NCBI GenBank assembly: GCA_964057225.1 | Contig: OZ059898.1 | Span: 21,204,001 to 21,268,000 of the forward strand | Reading direction: 5' to 3' | From: Auanema rhodensis | Taxonomy: Eukaryota > Animalia > Nematoda | DNA length: 64,000 nucleotides | In this document: one piece after another, positions 13,101 through 26,500 of the stretch | Layout: each line of letters starts with the position of its first letter | Position numbering within the stretch: position 1 is the stretch's first letter | Program-made: the position numbers and the translations under genes | The notes under the pieces: model-generated | Databases searched by the model: none | What the model was told of the DNA's origin: nothing | The model's input: only the letters and a program-made list of their open reading frames with translations

Positions 13101-16100
13101 CGTGATGTGCACTTGGTATGTAACTCGCTTCACGTGAAAGATAAAGAGATGCGGTTTTCAAAATTAGATTCCCCATGTCCATATTAGTCTAAAAACAAAT
13201 TTTTATTGATATTGGTGCATGGTAACCATGACTTTGAAATTTACGTGAACTTTAATTTATGCTAATTAAATGTACACGTGATGTGCACTTGGTATGCAAC
13301 TTGCTTCACGTGAAAGATAAAGAGATGCGGTTTTCAAAATTAGATTCCCCATGTCCATATTAGTCTAAAAACAAATTTTTATTGATATTGGTGCATGGTA
13401 ACCATGACTTTGAAATTTACGTGAACTTTAATTTATGCTAATTAAATGTACACGTGATGTGCACTTGGTATGTAACTCGCTTCACGTGAAAGATAAAGAG
13501 ATGCGGTTTTTAAAATTAGATTCCCCATGTCCATATTAGTCTAAAAACAAATTTTTATTGATATTGGTGCATGGTAACCATGACTTTGAAATTTACGTGA
13601 ACTTTAATTTATGCTAATTAAATGTACACGTGATGTGCACTTGGTATGTAACTCGCTTCACGTGAAAGATAAAGAGATGCGGTTTTCAAAATTAGATTCC
13701 CCATGTCCATATTAGTCTAAAAACAAATTTTTATTGATATTGGTGCATGGTAACCATGACTTTGAAATTTACGTGAACTTTAATTTATGCTAATTAAATG
13801 TACACGTGATGTGCACTTGGTATGTAACTCGCTTCACGTGAAAGATAAAGAGATGCGGTTTTCAAAATTAGATTCCCCATGTCCATATTAGTCTAAAAAC
13901 AAATTTTTATTGATATTGGTGCATGGTAACCATGACTTTGAAATTTACGTGAACTTTAATTTATGCTAATTAAATGTACACGTGATGTGCACTTGGTATG
14001 TAACTCGCTTCACGTGAAAGATAAAGAGATGCGGTTTTCAAAATTAGATTCCCCATGTCCATATTAGTCTAAAAACAAATTTTTATCGATATTGGTTCAT
14101 GGTAACCATGACTTTGAAATTTACGTGAACTTTAATTTATGCTAATTAAATGTACACGTGATGTGCACTTGGTATGTAACTCGCTTCACGTGAAAGATAA
14201 AGAGATGCGGTTTTCAAAATTAGATTCCCCATGTCCATATTAGTCTAAAAACAAATTTTTATTGATATTGGTTCATGGTAACCATGACTTTGAAATTTAC
14301 GTGAACTTTAATTTATGCTAATTAAATGTACACGTGATGTGCACTTGGTATGTAACTCGCTTCACGTGAAAGATAAAGAGATGCGGTTTTCAAAATTAGA
14401 TTCCGCATGTCCATATTAGTCTAAAAACAAATTTTTATTGATATTGGTTCATGGTAACCATGACTTTGAAATTTACGTGAACTTTAATTTATGCTAATTA
14501 AATGTACACGTGATGTGCACTTGGTATGTAACTCGCTTCACGTGAAAGATAAAGAGATGCGGTTTTCAAAATTAGATTCCCCATGTCCATATTAGTCTAA
14601 AAACAAATTTTTATTGATATTGGTGCATGGTAACCATGACTTTGAAATTTACGTGAACTTTAATTTATGCTAATTTAATGTACACGTGATGTGCACTTGG
14701 TATGTAACTCGCTTCACGTGAAAGATAAAGAGATGCGGTTTTCAAAATTAGATTCCTCATGTCCATATTAGTCTAAAAACAAATTTTTATTGATATTGGT
14801 TCATGGTAACCATGACTTTGAAATTTACGTGAACTTTAATTTATGCTAATTAAATGTACACGTGATGTGCACTTGGTATGTAACTCGCTTCACGTGAAAG
14901 ATAAAGAGATGCGGTTTTCAAAATTAGATTCCCCATGTCCATATTAGTCTAAAAACAAATTTTTATTGATATTGGTTCATGGTAACCATGACTTTGAAAT
15001 TTACGTGAACTTTAATTTATGCTAATTAAATGTACACGTGATGTGCACTTGGTATGTAACTCGCTTCACGTGAAAGATAAAGAGATGCGGTTTTCAAAAT
15101 TAGATTCCGCATGTCCATATTAGTCTAAAAACAAATTTTTATTGATATTGGTTCATGGTAACCATGACTTTGAAATTTACGTGAACTTTAATTTATGCTA
15201 ATTAAATGTACACGTGATGTGCACTTGGTATGTAACTCGCTTCACGTGAAAGATAAAGAGATGCGGTTTTCAAAATTAGATTCCCCATGTCCATATTAGT
15301 CTAAAAACAAATTTTTATTGATATTGGTGCATGGTAACCATGACTTTGAAATTTACGTGAACTTTAATTTATGCTAATTAAATGTACACGTGATGTGCAC
15401 TTGGTATGTTACTCGCTTCACGTGAAAGATAAAGAGATGCGGTTTTCAAAATTAGATTCCCCATGTCCATATTAGTCTAAAAACAAATTTTTATTAATAT
15501 TGGTGCATGGTAACCATGACTTTGAAATTTACGTGAACTTTAATTTATGCTAATTAAATGTACACGTGATGTGCACTTGGTATGTAACTCGCTTCACGTG
15601 AAAGATAAAGAGATGCGGTTTTCAAAATTAGATTCCCCATGTCCATATTAGTCTAAAAACAAATTTTTATTGATATTGGTGCATGGTAACCATGACTTTG
15701 AAATTTACGTGAACTTTAATTTATGCTAATTAAATGTACACGTGATGTGCACTTGGTGTGTAACTCGCTTCACGTGAAAGATAAAGAGATGCGGTTTTCA
15801 AAATTAGATTCCCCATGTCCATATTAGTCTAAAAACAAATTTTTATTGATATTGGTGCATGGTAACCATGACTTCGAAATTTACGTGAACTTTAATTTAT
15901 GCTAATTAAATTTACACGTGATGTGCACTTGGTATGTAACTCGCTTCACGTGAAAGATAAAGAGATGCGGTTTTCAAAATTAGATTCCTCATGTCCATAT
16001 TAGTCTAAAAACAAATTTTTATTGATATTGGTTTATGGTAACCATGACTTTGAAATTTACGTGAACTTTAATTTATGCTAATTAAATGTACACGTGATGT

Positions 16101-19100
16101 GCACTTGGTATGTAACTCGCTTCACGTGAAAGATAAAGAGATGCGGTTTTCAAAATTAGATTCCCCATGTCCATATTAGTCTAAAAACAAATTTTTATTG
16201 ATATTGGTTCATGGTAACCATGACTTTGAAATTTACGTGAACTTTAATTTATGCTAATTAAATGTACACGTGATGTGCACTTGGTATGTAACTCGCTTCA
16301 CGTGAAAGATAAAGAGATGCGGTTTTCAAAATTAGATTCCCCATGTCCATATTAGTCTAAAAACAAATTTTTATTGATATTGGTGCATGGTAACCATGAC
16401 TTTGAAATCTACGTGAACTTTAATTTATGCTAATTAAATGTACACGTGATGTGCACTTGGTATGTAACTCGCTTCACGTGAAAGATAAAGAGATGCGGTT
16501 TTCAAAATTAGATTCCCCATGTCCATATTAGTCTAAAAACAAATTTTTATTGATATTGGTGCATGGTAACCATGACTTTGAAATTTACGTGAACTTTAAT
16601 TTATGCTAATTAAATGTACACGTGATGTGCACTTGGTATGCAACTTGCTTCACGTGAAAGATAAAGAGATGCGGTTTTCAAAATTAGATTCCCCATGTCC
16701 ATATTAGTCTAAAAACAAATTTTTATTGATATTGGTGCATGGTAACCATGACTTTGAAATTTACGTGAACTTTAATTTATGCTAATTAAATGTACACGTG
16801 ATGTGCACTTGGTATGTAACTCGCTTCACGTGAAAGATAAAGAGATGCGGTTTTTAAAATTGGATTCCCCATGTCCATATTAGTCTAAAAACAAATTTTT
16901 ATCGATATTGGTTCATGGTAACCATGACTTTGAAATTTACGTGAACTTTAATTTATGCTAATTAAATGTACACGTGATGTGCACTTGGTATGTAACTCGC
17001 TTCACGTGAAAGATAAAGAGATGCGGTTTTCAAAATTAGATTCCCCATGTCCATATTAGTCTAAAAACAAATTTTTATTGATATTGGTGCATGGTAACCA
17101 TGACTTTGAAATTTACGTGAACTTTGATTTATGCTAATTAAATGTACACGTGATGTGCACTTGGTATGTAACTCGCTTCACGTGAAAGATAAAGAGATGC
17201 GGTTTTCAAAATTAGATTCCCCATGTCCATATTAGTCTAAAAACAAATTTTTATTGATATTGGTGCATGGTAACCATGACTTTGAAATTTACGTGAACTT
17301 TAATTTATGCTAATTTAATGTACACGTGATGTGCACTTGGTATGTAACTCGCTTCACGTGAAAGATAAAGAGATGCGGTTTTCAAAATTAGATTCCTCAT
17401 GTCCATATTAGTCTAAAAACAAATTTTTATTGATATTGGTTCATGGTAACCATGACTTTGAAATTTACGTGAACTTTAATTTATGCTAATTAAATGTACA
17501 CGTGATGTGCACTTGGTATGTAACTCGCTTCACGTGAAAGATAAAGAGATGCGGTTTTCAAAATTAGATTCCCCATGTCCATATTAGTCTAAAAACAAAT
17601 TTTTATTGATATTGGTTCATGGTAACCATGACTTTGAAATTTACGTGAACTTTAATTTATGCTAATTAAATGTACACGTGATGTGCACTTGGTATGTAAC
17701 TCGCTTCACGTGAAAAATAAAGAGATGCGGTTTTCAAAATTAGATTCCGCATGTCCATATTAGTCTAAAAACAAATTTTTATTGATATTGGTTCATGGTA
17801 ACCATGACTTTGAAATTTACGTGAACTTTAATTTATGCTAATTCAATGTACACGTGATGTGCACTTGGTATGTAACTCGCTTCACGTGAAAGATAAAGAG
17901 ATGCGGTTTTCAAAATTAGATTCCCCATGTCCATATTAGTCTAAAAACAAATTTTTATTGATATTGGTGCATGGTAACCATGACTTTGAAATTTACGTGA
18001 ACTTTAATTTATGCTAATTAAATGTACACGTGATGTGCACTTGGTATGTTACTCGCTTCACGTGAAAGATAAAGAGATGCGGTTTTCAAAATTAGATTCC
18101 CCATGTCCATATTAGTCTAAAAACAAATTTTTATTAATATTGGTGCATGGTAACCATGACTTTGAAATTTACGTGAACTTTAATTTATGCTAATTAAATG
18201 TACACGTGATGTGCACTTGGTATGTAACTCGCTTCACGTGAAAGATAAAGAGATGCGGTTTTCAAAATTAGATTCCCCATGTCCATATTAGTCTAAAAAC
18301 AAATTTTTATTGATATTGGTGCATGGTAACCATGACTTTGAAATTTACGTGAACTTTAATTTATGCTAATTAAATGTACACGTGATGTGCACTTGGTATG
18401 TAACTCGCTTCACGTGAAAGATAAAGAGATGCGGTTTTCAAAATTAGATTCCCCATGTCCATATTAGTCTAAAAACAAATTTTTATTGATATTGGTGCAT
18501 GGTAACCATGACTTTGAAATTTACGTGAACTTTAATTTATGCTAATTAAATGTACACGTGATGTGCACTTGGTATGTAACTCGCTTCACGTGAAAGATAA
18601 AGAGATGCGGTTTTCAAAATTAGATTCCCCATGTCCATATTAGTCTAAAAACAAATTTTTATTGATATTGGTGCATGGTAACCATGACTTTGAAATTTAC
18701 GTGAACTTTAATTTATGCTAATTAAATGTACACGTGATGTGCACTTGGTGTGTAACTCGCTTCACGTGAAAGATAAAGAGATGCGGTTTTCAAAATTAGA
18801 TTCCCCATGTCCATATTAGTCTAAAAACAAATTTTTATTGATATTGGTGCATGGTAACCATGACTTCGAAATTTACGTGAACTTTAATTTATGCTAATTA
18901 AATTTACACGTGATGTGCACTTGGTATGTAACTCGCTTCACGTGAAAGATAAAGAGATGCGGTTTTCAAAATTAGATTCCTCATGTCCATATTAGTCTAA
19001 AAACAAATTTTTATTGATATTGGTTTATGGTAACCATGACTTTGAAATTTACGTGAACTTTAATTTATGCTAATTAAATGTACACGTGATGTGCACTTGG

Positions 19101-20590
19101 TATGTAACTCGCTTCACGTGAAAGATAAAGAGATGCGGTTTTCAAAATTAGATTCCCCATGTCCATATTAGTCTAAAAACAAATTTTTATTGATATTGGT
19201 TCATGGTAACCATGACTTTGAAATTTACGTGAACTTTAATTTATGCTAATTAAATGTACACGTGATGTGCACTTGGTATGTAACTCGCTTCACGTGAAAG
19301 ATAAAGAGATGCGGTTTTCAAAATTAGATTCCCCATGTCCATATTAGTCTAAAAACAAATTTTTATTGATATTGGTGCATGGTAACCATGACTTTGAAAT
19401 CTACGTGAACTTTAATTTATGCTAATTAAATGTACACGTGATGTGCACTTGGTATGTAACTCGCTTCACGTGAAAGATAAAGAGATGCGGTTTTCAAAAT
19501 TAGATTCCCCATGTCCATATTAGTCTAAAAACAAATTTTTATTGATATTGGTGCATGGTAACCATGACTTTGAAATTTACGTGAACTTTAATTTATGCTA
19601 ATTAAATGTACACGTGATGTGCACTTGGTATGCAACTTGCTTCACGTGAAAGATAAAGAGATGCGGTTTTCAAAATTAGATTCCCCATGTCCATATTAGT
19701 CTAAAAACAAATTTTTATTGATATTGGTGCATGGTAACCATGACTTTGAAATTTACGTGAACTTTAATTTATGCTAATTAAATGTACACGTGATGTGCAC
19801 TTGGTATGTAACTCGCTTCACGTGAAAGATAAAGAGATGCGGTTTTTAAAATTAGATTCCCCATGTCCATATTAGTCTAAAAACAAATTTTTATTGATAT
19901 TGGTGCATGGTAACCATGACTTTGAAATTTACGTGAACTTTAATTTATGCTAATTAAATGTACACGTGATGTGCACTTGGTATGTAACTCGCTTCACGTG
20001 AAAGATAAAGAGATGCGGTTTTCAAAATTAGATTCCCCATGTCCATATTAGTCTAAAAACAAATTTTTATTGATATTGGTGCATGGTAACCATGACTTTA
20101 AAATTTACGTGAACTTTAATTCATGCTAATTAAATGTACACGTGATGTGCACTTGGTATGTAACTCGCTTCACGTGAAAGATAAAGAGATGCGGTTTTCA
20201 AAATTAGATTCCCCATGTCCATATTAGTCTAAAAACAAATTTTTATTGATATTGGTGCATGGTAACCATGACTTTGAAATTTACGTGAACTTTAATTTAT
20301 GCTAATTAAATGTACACGTGATGTGCACTTGGTATGTAACTCGCTTCACGTGAAAGATAAAGAGATGCGGTTTTCAAAATTAGATTCCCCATGTCCATAT
20401 TAGTCTAAAAACAAATTTTTATTGATATTGGTGCATGGTAACCATGACTTTGAAATTTACGTGAACTTTAATTTATGCTAATTAAATGTACACGTGATGT
20501 GCACTTGGTATGTAACTCGCTTCACGTGAAAGATAAAGAGATGCGGTTTTCAAAATTAGATTCCCCATGTCCATATTAGTCTAAAAACAA

Positions 20591-23500
20591 ATTTTTATTG
20601 ATATTGGTGCATGGTAACCATGACTTTAAAATTTACGTGAACTTTAATTTATGCTAATTAAATGTACACGTGATGTGCACTTGGTATGTAACTCGCTTCA
20701 CGTGAAAGATAAAGAGATGCAGTTTTCAAAATTAGATTCCCCATGTCCATATTAGTCTAAAAACAAATTTTTATTGATATTGGTGCATGGTAACCATGAC
20801 TTTGAAATTTACGTGAACTTTAATTTATGCTAATTAAATGTACACGTGATGTGCACTTGGTATGTAACTCGCTTCACGTGAAAGATAAAGAGATGCGGTT
20901 TTCAAAATTAGATTCCTCATGTCCATATTAGTCTAAAAACAAATTTTTATTGATATTGGTTCATGGTAACCATGACTTTGAAATTTACGTGAACTTTAAT
21001 TTATGCTAATTAAATGTACACGTGATGTGCACTTGGTATGTAACTCGCTTCACGTGAAAGATGAAGAGATGCGGTTTTCAAAATTAGATTCCCCATGTCC
21101 ATATTAGTCTAAAAACAAATTTTTATTGATATTGGTTCATGGTAACCATGACTTTGAAATTTACGTGAACTTTAATTTATGCTAATTAAATGTACACGTG
21201 ATGTGCACTTGGTATGTAACTCGCTTCACGTGAAAGATGAAGAGATGCGGTTTTCAAAATTAGATTCCCCATGTCCATATTAGTCTAAAAACAAATTTTT
21301 ATTGATATTGGTTCATGGTAACCATGACTTTGAAATTTACGTGAACTTTGATTTATGCTAATTAAATGTACACGTGATGTGCACTTGGTATGTAACTCGC
21401 TTCACGTGAAAGATAAAGAGATGCAGTTTTCAAAATTAGATTCCCCATGTCCATATTAGTCTAAAAAAAATTTTATTGATATTGGTGCATGGTAACCATG
21501 ACTTTGAAATTTACGTGAACTTTAATTTATGCTAATTAAATGTACACGTGATGTGCACTTGGTATGTAACTCGCTTCACGTGAAAGATAAAGAGATGCGG
21601 TTTTCAAAATTAGATTCCTCATGTCCATATTAGTCTAAAAACAAATTTTTATTGATATTGGTTCATGGTAACCATGACTTTGAAATTTACGTGAACTTTA
21701 ATTTATGCTAATTAAATGTACACGTGATGTGCACTTGGTATGTAACTCGCTTCACGTGAAAGATAAAGAGATGCGGTTTTCAAAATTAGATTCCCCATCT
21801 CCATATTAGTCTAAAAACAAATTTTTATTGATATTGGTTCATGGTAACCATGACTTTGAAATTTACGTGAACTTTAATTTATGCTAATTAAATGTACACG
21901 TGATGTGCACTTGGTATGTTACTCGCTTCACGTGAAAGATAAAGAGATGCGGTTTTCAAAATTAGATTCCCCATGTCCATATTAGTCTAAAAACAAATTT
22001 TTATTGATATTGGTGCATGGTAACCATGACTTTGAAATTTACGTGAACTTTAATTTATGCTAATTAAATGTACACGTGATGTGCACTTGGTATGTAACTC
22101 GCTTCACGTGAAAGATAAAGAGATGCGGTTTTCAAAATTAGATTCCCCATGTCCATATTAGTCTAAAAACAAATTTTTATTGATATTGGTGCATGGTAAC
22201 CATGACTTTGAAATTTACGTGAACTTTAATTTATGCTAATTAAATGTACACGTGATGTGCACTTGGTGTGTAACTCGCTTCACGTGAAAGATAAAGAGAT
22301 GCGGTTTTCAAAATTAGATTCCCCATGTCCATATTAGTCTAAAAACAAATTTTTATTGATATTGGTGCATGGTAACCATGACTTTGAAATTTACGTGAAC
22401 TTTAATTTATGCTAATTAAATGTACACGTGATGTGCACTTGGTATGTAACTCGCTTCACGTGAAAGATAAAGAGATGCGGTTTTCAAAATTAGATTCCTC
22501 ATGTCCATATTAGTCTAAAAACAAATTTTTATTGATATTGGTTTATGGTAACCATGACTTTGAAATTTACGTGAACTTTAATTTATGCTAATTAAATGTA
22601 CACGTGATGTGCACTTGGTATGTAACTCGCTTCACGTGAAAGATAAAGAGATGCGGTTTTCAAAATTAGATTCCCCATGTCCATATTAGTCTAAAAACAA
22701 ATTTTTATTGATATTGGTTCATGGTAACCATGACTTTGAAATTTACGTGAACTTTAATTTATGCTAATTAAATGTACACGTGATGTGCACTTGGTATGTA
22801 ACTCGCTTCACGTGAAAGATAAAGAGATGCGGTTTTCAAAATTAGATTCCCCATGTCCATATTAGTCTAAAAACAAATTTTTATTGATATTGGTGCATGG
22901 TAACCATGACTTTGAAATTTACGTGAACTTTAATTTATGCTAATTAAATGTACACGTGATGTGCACTTGGTATGTAACTCGCTTCACGTGAAAGATAAAG
23001 AGATGCGGTTTTCAAAATTAGATTCCCCATGTCCATATTAGTCTAAAAACAAATTTTTATTGATATTGGTGCATGGTAACCATGACTTTGAAATTTACGT
23101 GAACTTTAATTTATGCTAATTAAATGTACACGTGATGTGCACTTGGTATGTAACTCGCTTCACGTGAAAGATAAAGAGATGCGGTTTTCAAAATTAGATT
23201 CCCCATGTCCATATTAGTCTAAAAACAAATTTTTATTGATATTGGTGCATGGTAACCATGACTTTGAAATTTACGTGAACTTTAATTTATGCTAATTAAA
23301 TGTACACGTGATGTGCACTTGGTATGTAACTCGCTTCACGTGAAAGATAAAGAGATGCGGTTTTTAAAATTAGATTCCCCATGTCCATATTAGTCTAAAA
23401 ACAAATTTTTATTGATATTGGTGCATGGTAACCATGACTTTGAAATTTACGTGAACTTTAATTTATGCTAATTAAATGTACACGTGATGTGCACTTGGTA

Positions 23501-26500
23501 TGTAACTCGCTTCACGTGAAAGATAAAGAGATGCGGTTTTCAAAATTAGATTCCCCATGTCCATATTAGTCTAAAAACAAATTTTTATTGATATTGGTGC
23601 ATGGTAACCATGACTTTGAAATTTACGTGAACTTTAATTCATGCTAATTAAATGTACACGTGATGTGCACTTGGTATGTAACTCGCTTCACGTGAAAGAT
23701 AAAGAGATGCGGTTTTCAAAATTAGATTCCCCATGTCCATATTAGTCTAAAAACAAATTTTTATTGATATTGGTGCATGGTAACCATGACTTTGAAATTT
23801 ACGTGTACTTTAATTTATGCTAATTAAATGTACACGTGATGTGCACTTGGTATTTAACTCGCTTCACGTGAAAGATAAAGAGATGCGGTTTTCAAAATTA
23901 GATTCCCCAAGTCCATATTAGTCTAAAAACAAATTTTTATTGATATTGGTTCATGGTAACCATGACTTTGAAATTTACGTGAACTTTAATTTATGCTAAT
24001 TAAATGTACACGTGATGTGCACTTGGTATGTAACTCGCTTCACGTGAAAGATAAAGAGATGCGGTTTTCAAAATTAGATTCCCCATGTCCATATTAGTCT
24101 AAAAACAAATTTTCATTGATATTGGTTCATGGTAACCATGACTTTGAAATTTACGTGAACTTTGATTTATGCTAATTAAATGTACACGTGATGTGCACTT
24201 GGTATGTAACTCGCTTCACGTGAAAGATAAAGAGATGCAGTTTTCAAAATTAGATTCCCCATGTCCATATTAGTCTAAAAACAAATTTTTATTGATATTG
24301 GTGCATGGTAACCATGACTTTGAAATTTACGTGAACTTTAATTTATGCTAATTAAATGTACACGTGATGTGCACTTGGTATGTAACTCGCTTCACGTGAA
24401 AGATAAAGAGATGCGGTTTTCAAAATTAGATTCCTCATGTCCATATTAGTCTAAAAACAAATTTTTATTGATATTGGTTCATGGTAACCATGACTTTGAA
24501 ATTTACGTGAACTTTAATTTATGCTAATTAAATGTACACGTGATGTGCACTTGGTATGTAACTCGCTTCACGTGAAAGATAAAGAGATGCGGTTTTCAAA
24601 ATTAGATTCCCCATCTCCATATTAGTCTAAAAACAAATTTTTATTGATATTGGTGCATGGTAACCATGACTTTGAAATTTACGTGAACTTTAATTTATGC
24701 TAATTAAATGTACACGTGATGTGCACTTGGTATGTAACTCGCTTCACGTGAAAGATAAAGAGATGCGGTTTTCAAAATTAGATTCCCCATGTCCATATTA
24801 GTCTAAAAACAAATTTTTATTGATATTGGTTCATGGTAACCATGACTTTGAAATTTACGTGAACTTTAATTTATGCTAATTAAATGTACACGTGATGTGC
24901 ACTTGGTATGTAACTCGCTTCACGTGAAAGATAAAGAGATGCGGTTTTCAAAATTAGATTCCCCATGTCCATATTAGTCTAAAAACAAATTTTTATTGAT
25001 ATTGGTGCATGGTAACCATGACTTTGAAATTTACGTGAACTTTAATTCATGCTAATTAAATGTACACGTGATGTGCACTTGGTATGTAACTCGCTTCACG
25101 TGAAAGATAAAGAGATGCGGTTTTCAAAATTAGATTCCCCATGTCCATATTAGTCTAAAAACAAATTTTTATTGATATTGGTGCATGGTAACCATGACTT
25201 TGAAATTTACGTGTACTTTAATTTATGCTAATTAAATGTACACGTGATGTGCACTTGGTATTTAACTCGCTTCACGTGAAAGATAAAGAGATGCGGTTTT
25301 CAAAATTAGATTCCCCAAGTCCATATTAGTCTAAAAACAAATTTTTATTGATATTGGTTCATGGTAACCATGACTTTGAAATTTACGTGAACTTTAATTT
25401 ATGCTAATTAAATGTACACGTGATGTGCACTTGGTATGTAACTCGCTTCACGTGAAAGATAAAGAGATGCGGTTTTCAAAATTAGATTCCCCATGTCCAT
25501 ATTAGTCTAAAAACAAATTTTCATTGATATTGGTTCATGGTAACCATGACTTTGAAATTTACGTGAACTTTGATTTATGCTAATTAAATGTACACGTGAT
25601 GTGCACTTGGTATGTAACTCGCTTCACGTGAAAGATAAAGAGATGCAGTTTTCAAAATTAGATTCCCCATGTCCATATTAGTCTAAAAACAAATTTTTAT
25701 TGATATTGGTGCATGGTAACCATGACTTTGAAATTTACGTGAACTTTAATTTATGCTAATTAAATGTACACGTGATGTGCACTTGGTATGTAACTCGCTT
25801 CACGTGAAAGATAAAGAGATGCGGTTTTCAAAATTAGATTCCTCATGTCCATATTAGTCTAAAAACAAATTTTTATTGATATTGGTTCATGGTAACCATG
25901 ACTTTGAAATTTACGTGAACTTTAATTTATGCTAATTAAATGTACACGTGATGTGCACTTGGTATGTAACTCGCTTCACGTGAAAGATAAAGAGATGCGG
26001 TTTTCAAAATTAGATTCCCCATCTCCATATTAGTCTAAAAACAAATTTTTATTGATATTGGTGCATGGTAACCATGACTTTGAAATTTACGTGAACTTTA
26101 ATTTATGCTAATTAAATGTACACGTGATGTGCACTTGGTATGTAACTCGCTTCACGTGAAAGATAAAGAGATGCGGTTTTCAAAATTAGATTCCCCATGT
26201 CCATATTAGTCTAAAAACAAATTTTTATTGATATTGGTTCATGGTAACCATGACTTTGAAATTTACGTGAACTTTAATTTATGCTAATTAAATGTACACG
26301 TGATGTGCACTTGGTATGTAACTCGCTTCACGTGAAAGATAAAGAGATGCGGTTTTCAAAATTAGATTCCCCATGTCCATATTAGTCTAAAAACAAATTT
26401 TTATTGATATTGGTGCATGGTAACCATGACTTTGAAATTTACGTGAACTTTAATTTATGCTAATTAAATGTACACGTGATGTGCACTTGGTATGTAACTC

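Larger units (their letters stand above)
1..20590. repeat. Left variant domain of the array
   Basis: Markers confined here: linked T98C+C103T (802, 2210, 2738, 7138, 8370, 13297, 16641, 19633), T42C, G73T, T36C, G9A and A69T. The right boundary is approximate. Confidence 0.8.

Noticed and set aside
21461-21474. 2-bp loss at the monomer junction (A8T4 instead of A5CA3T5)
   Set aside because: A singleton in homopolymer context; likely a sequencing or consensus error, or an unamplified private mutation.
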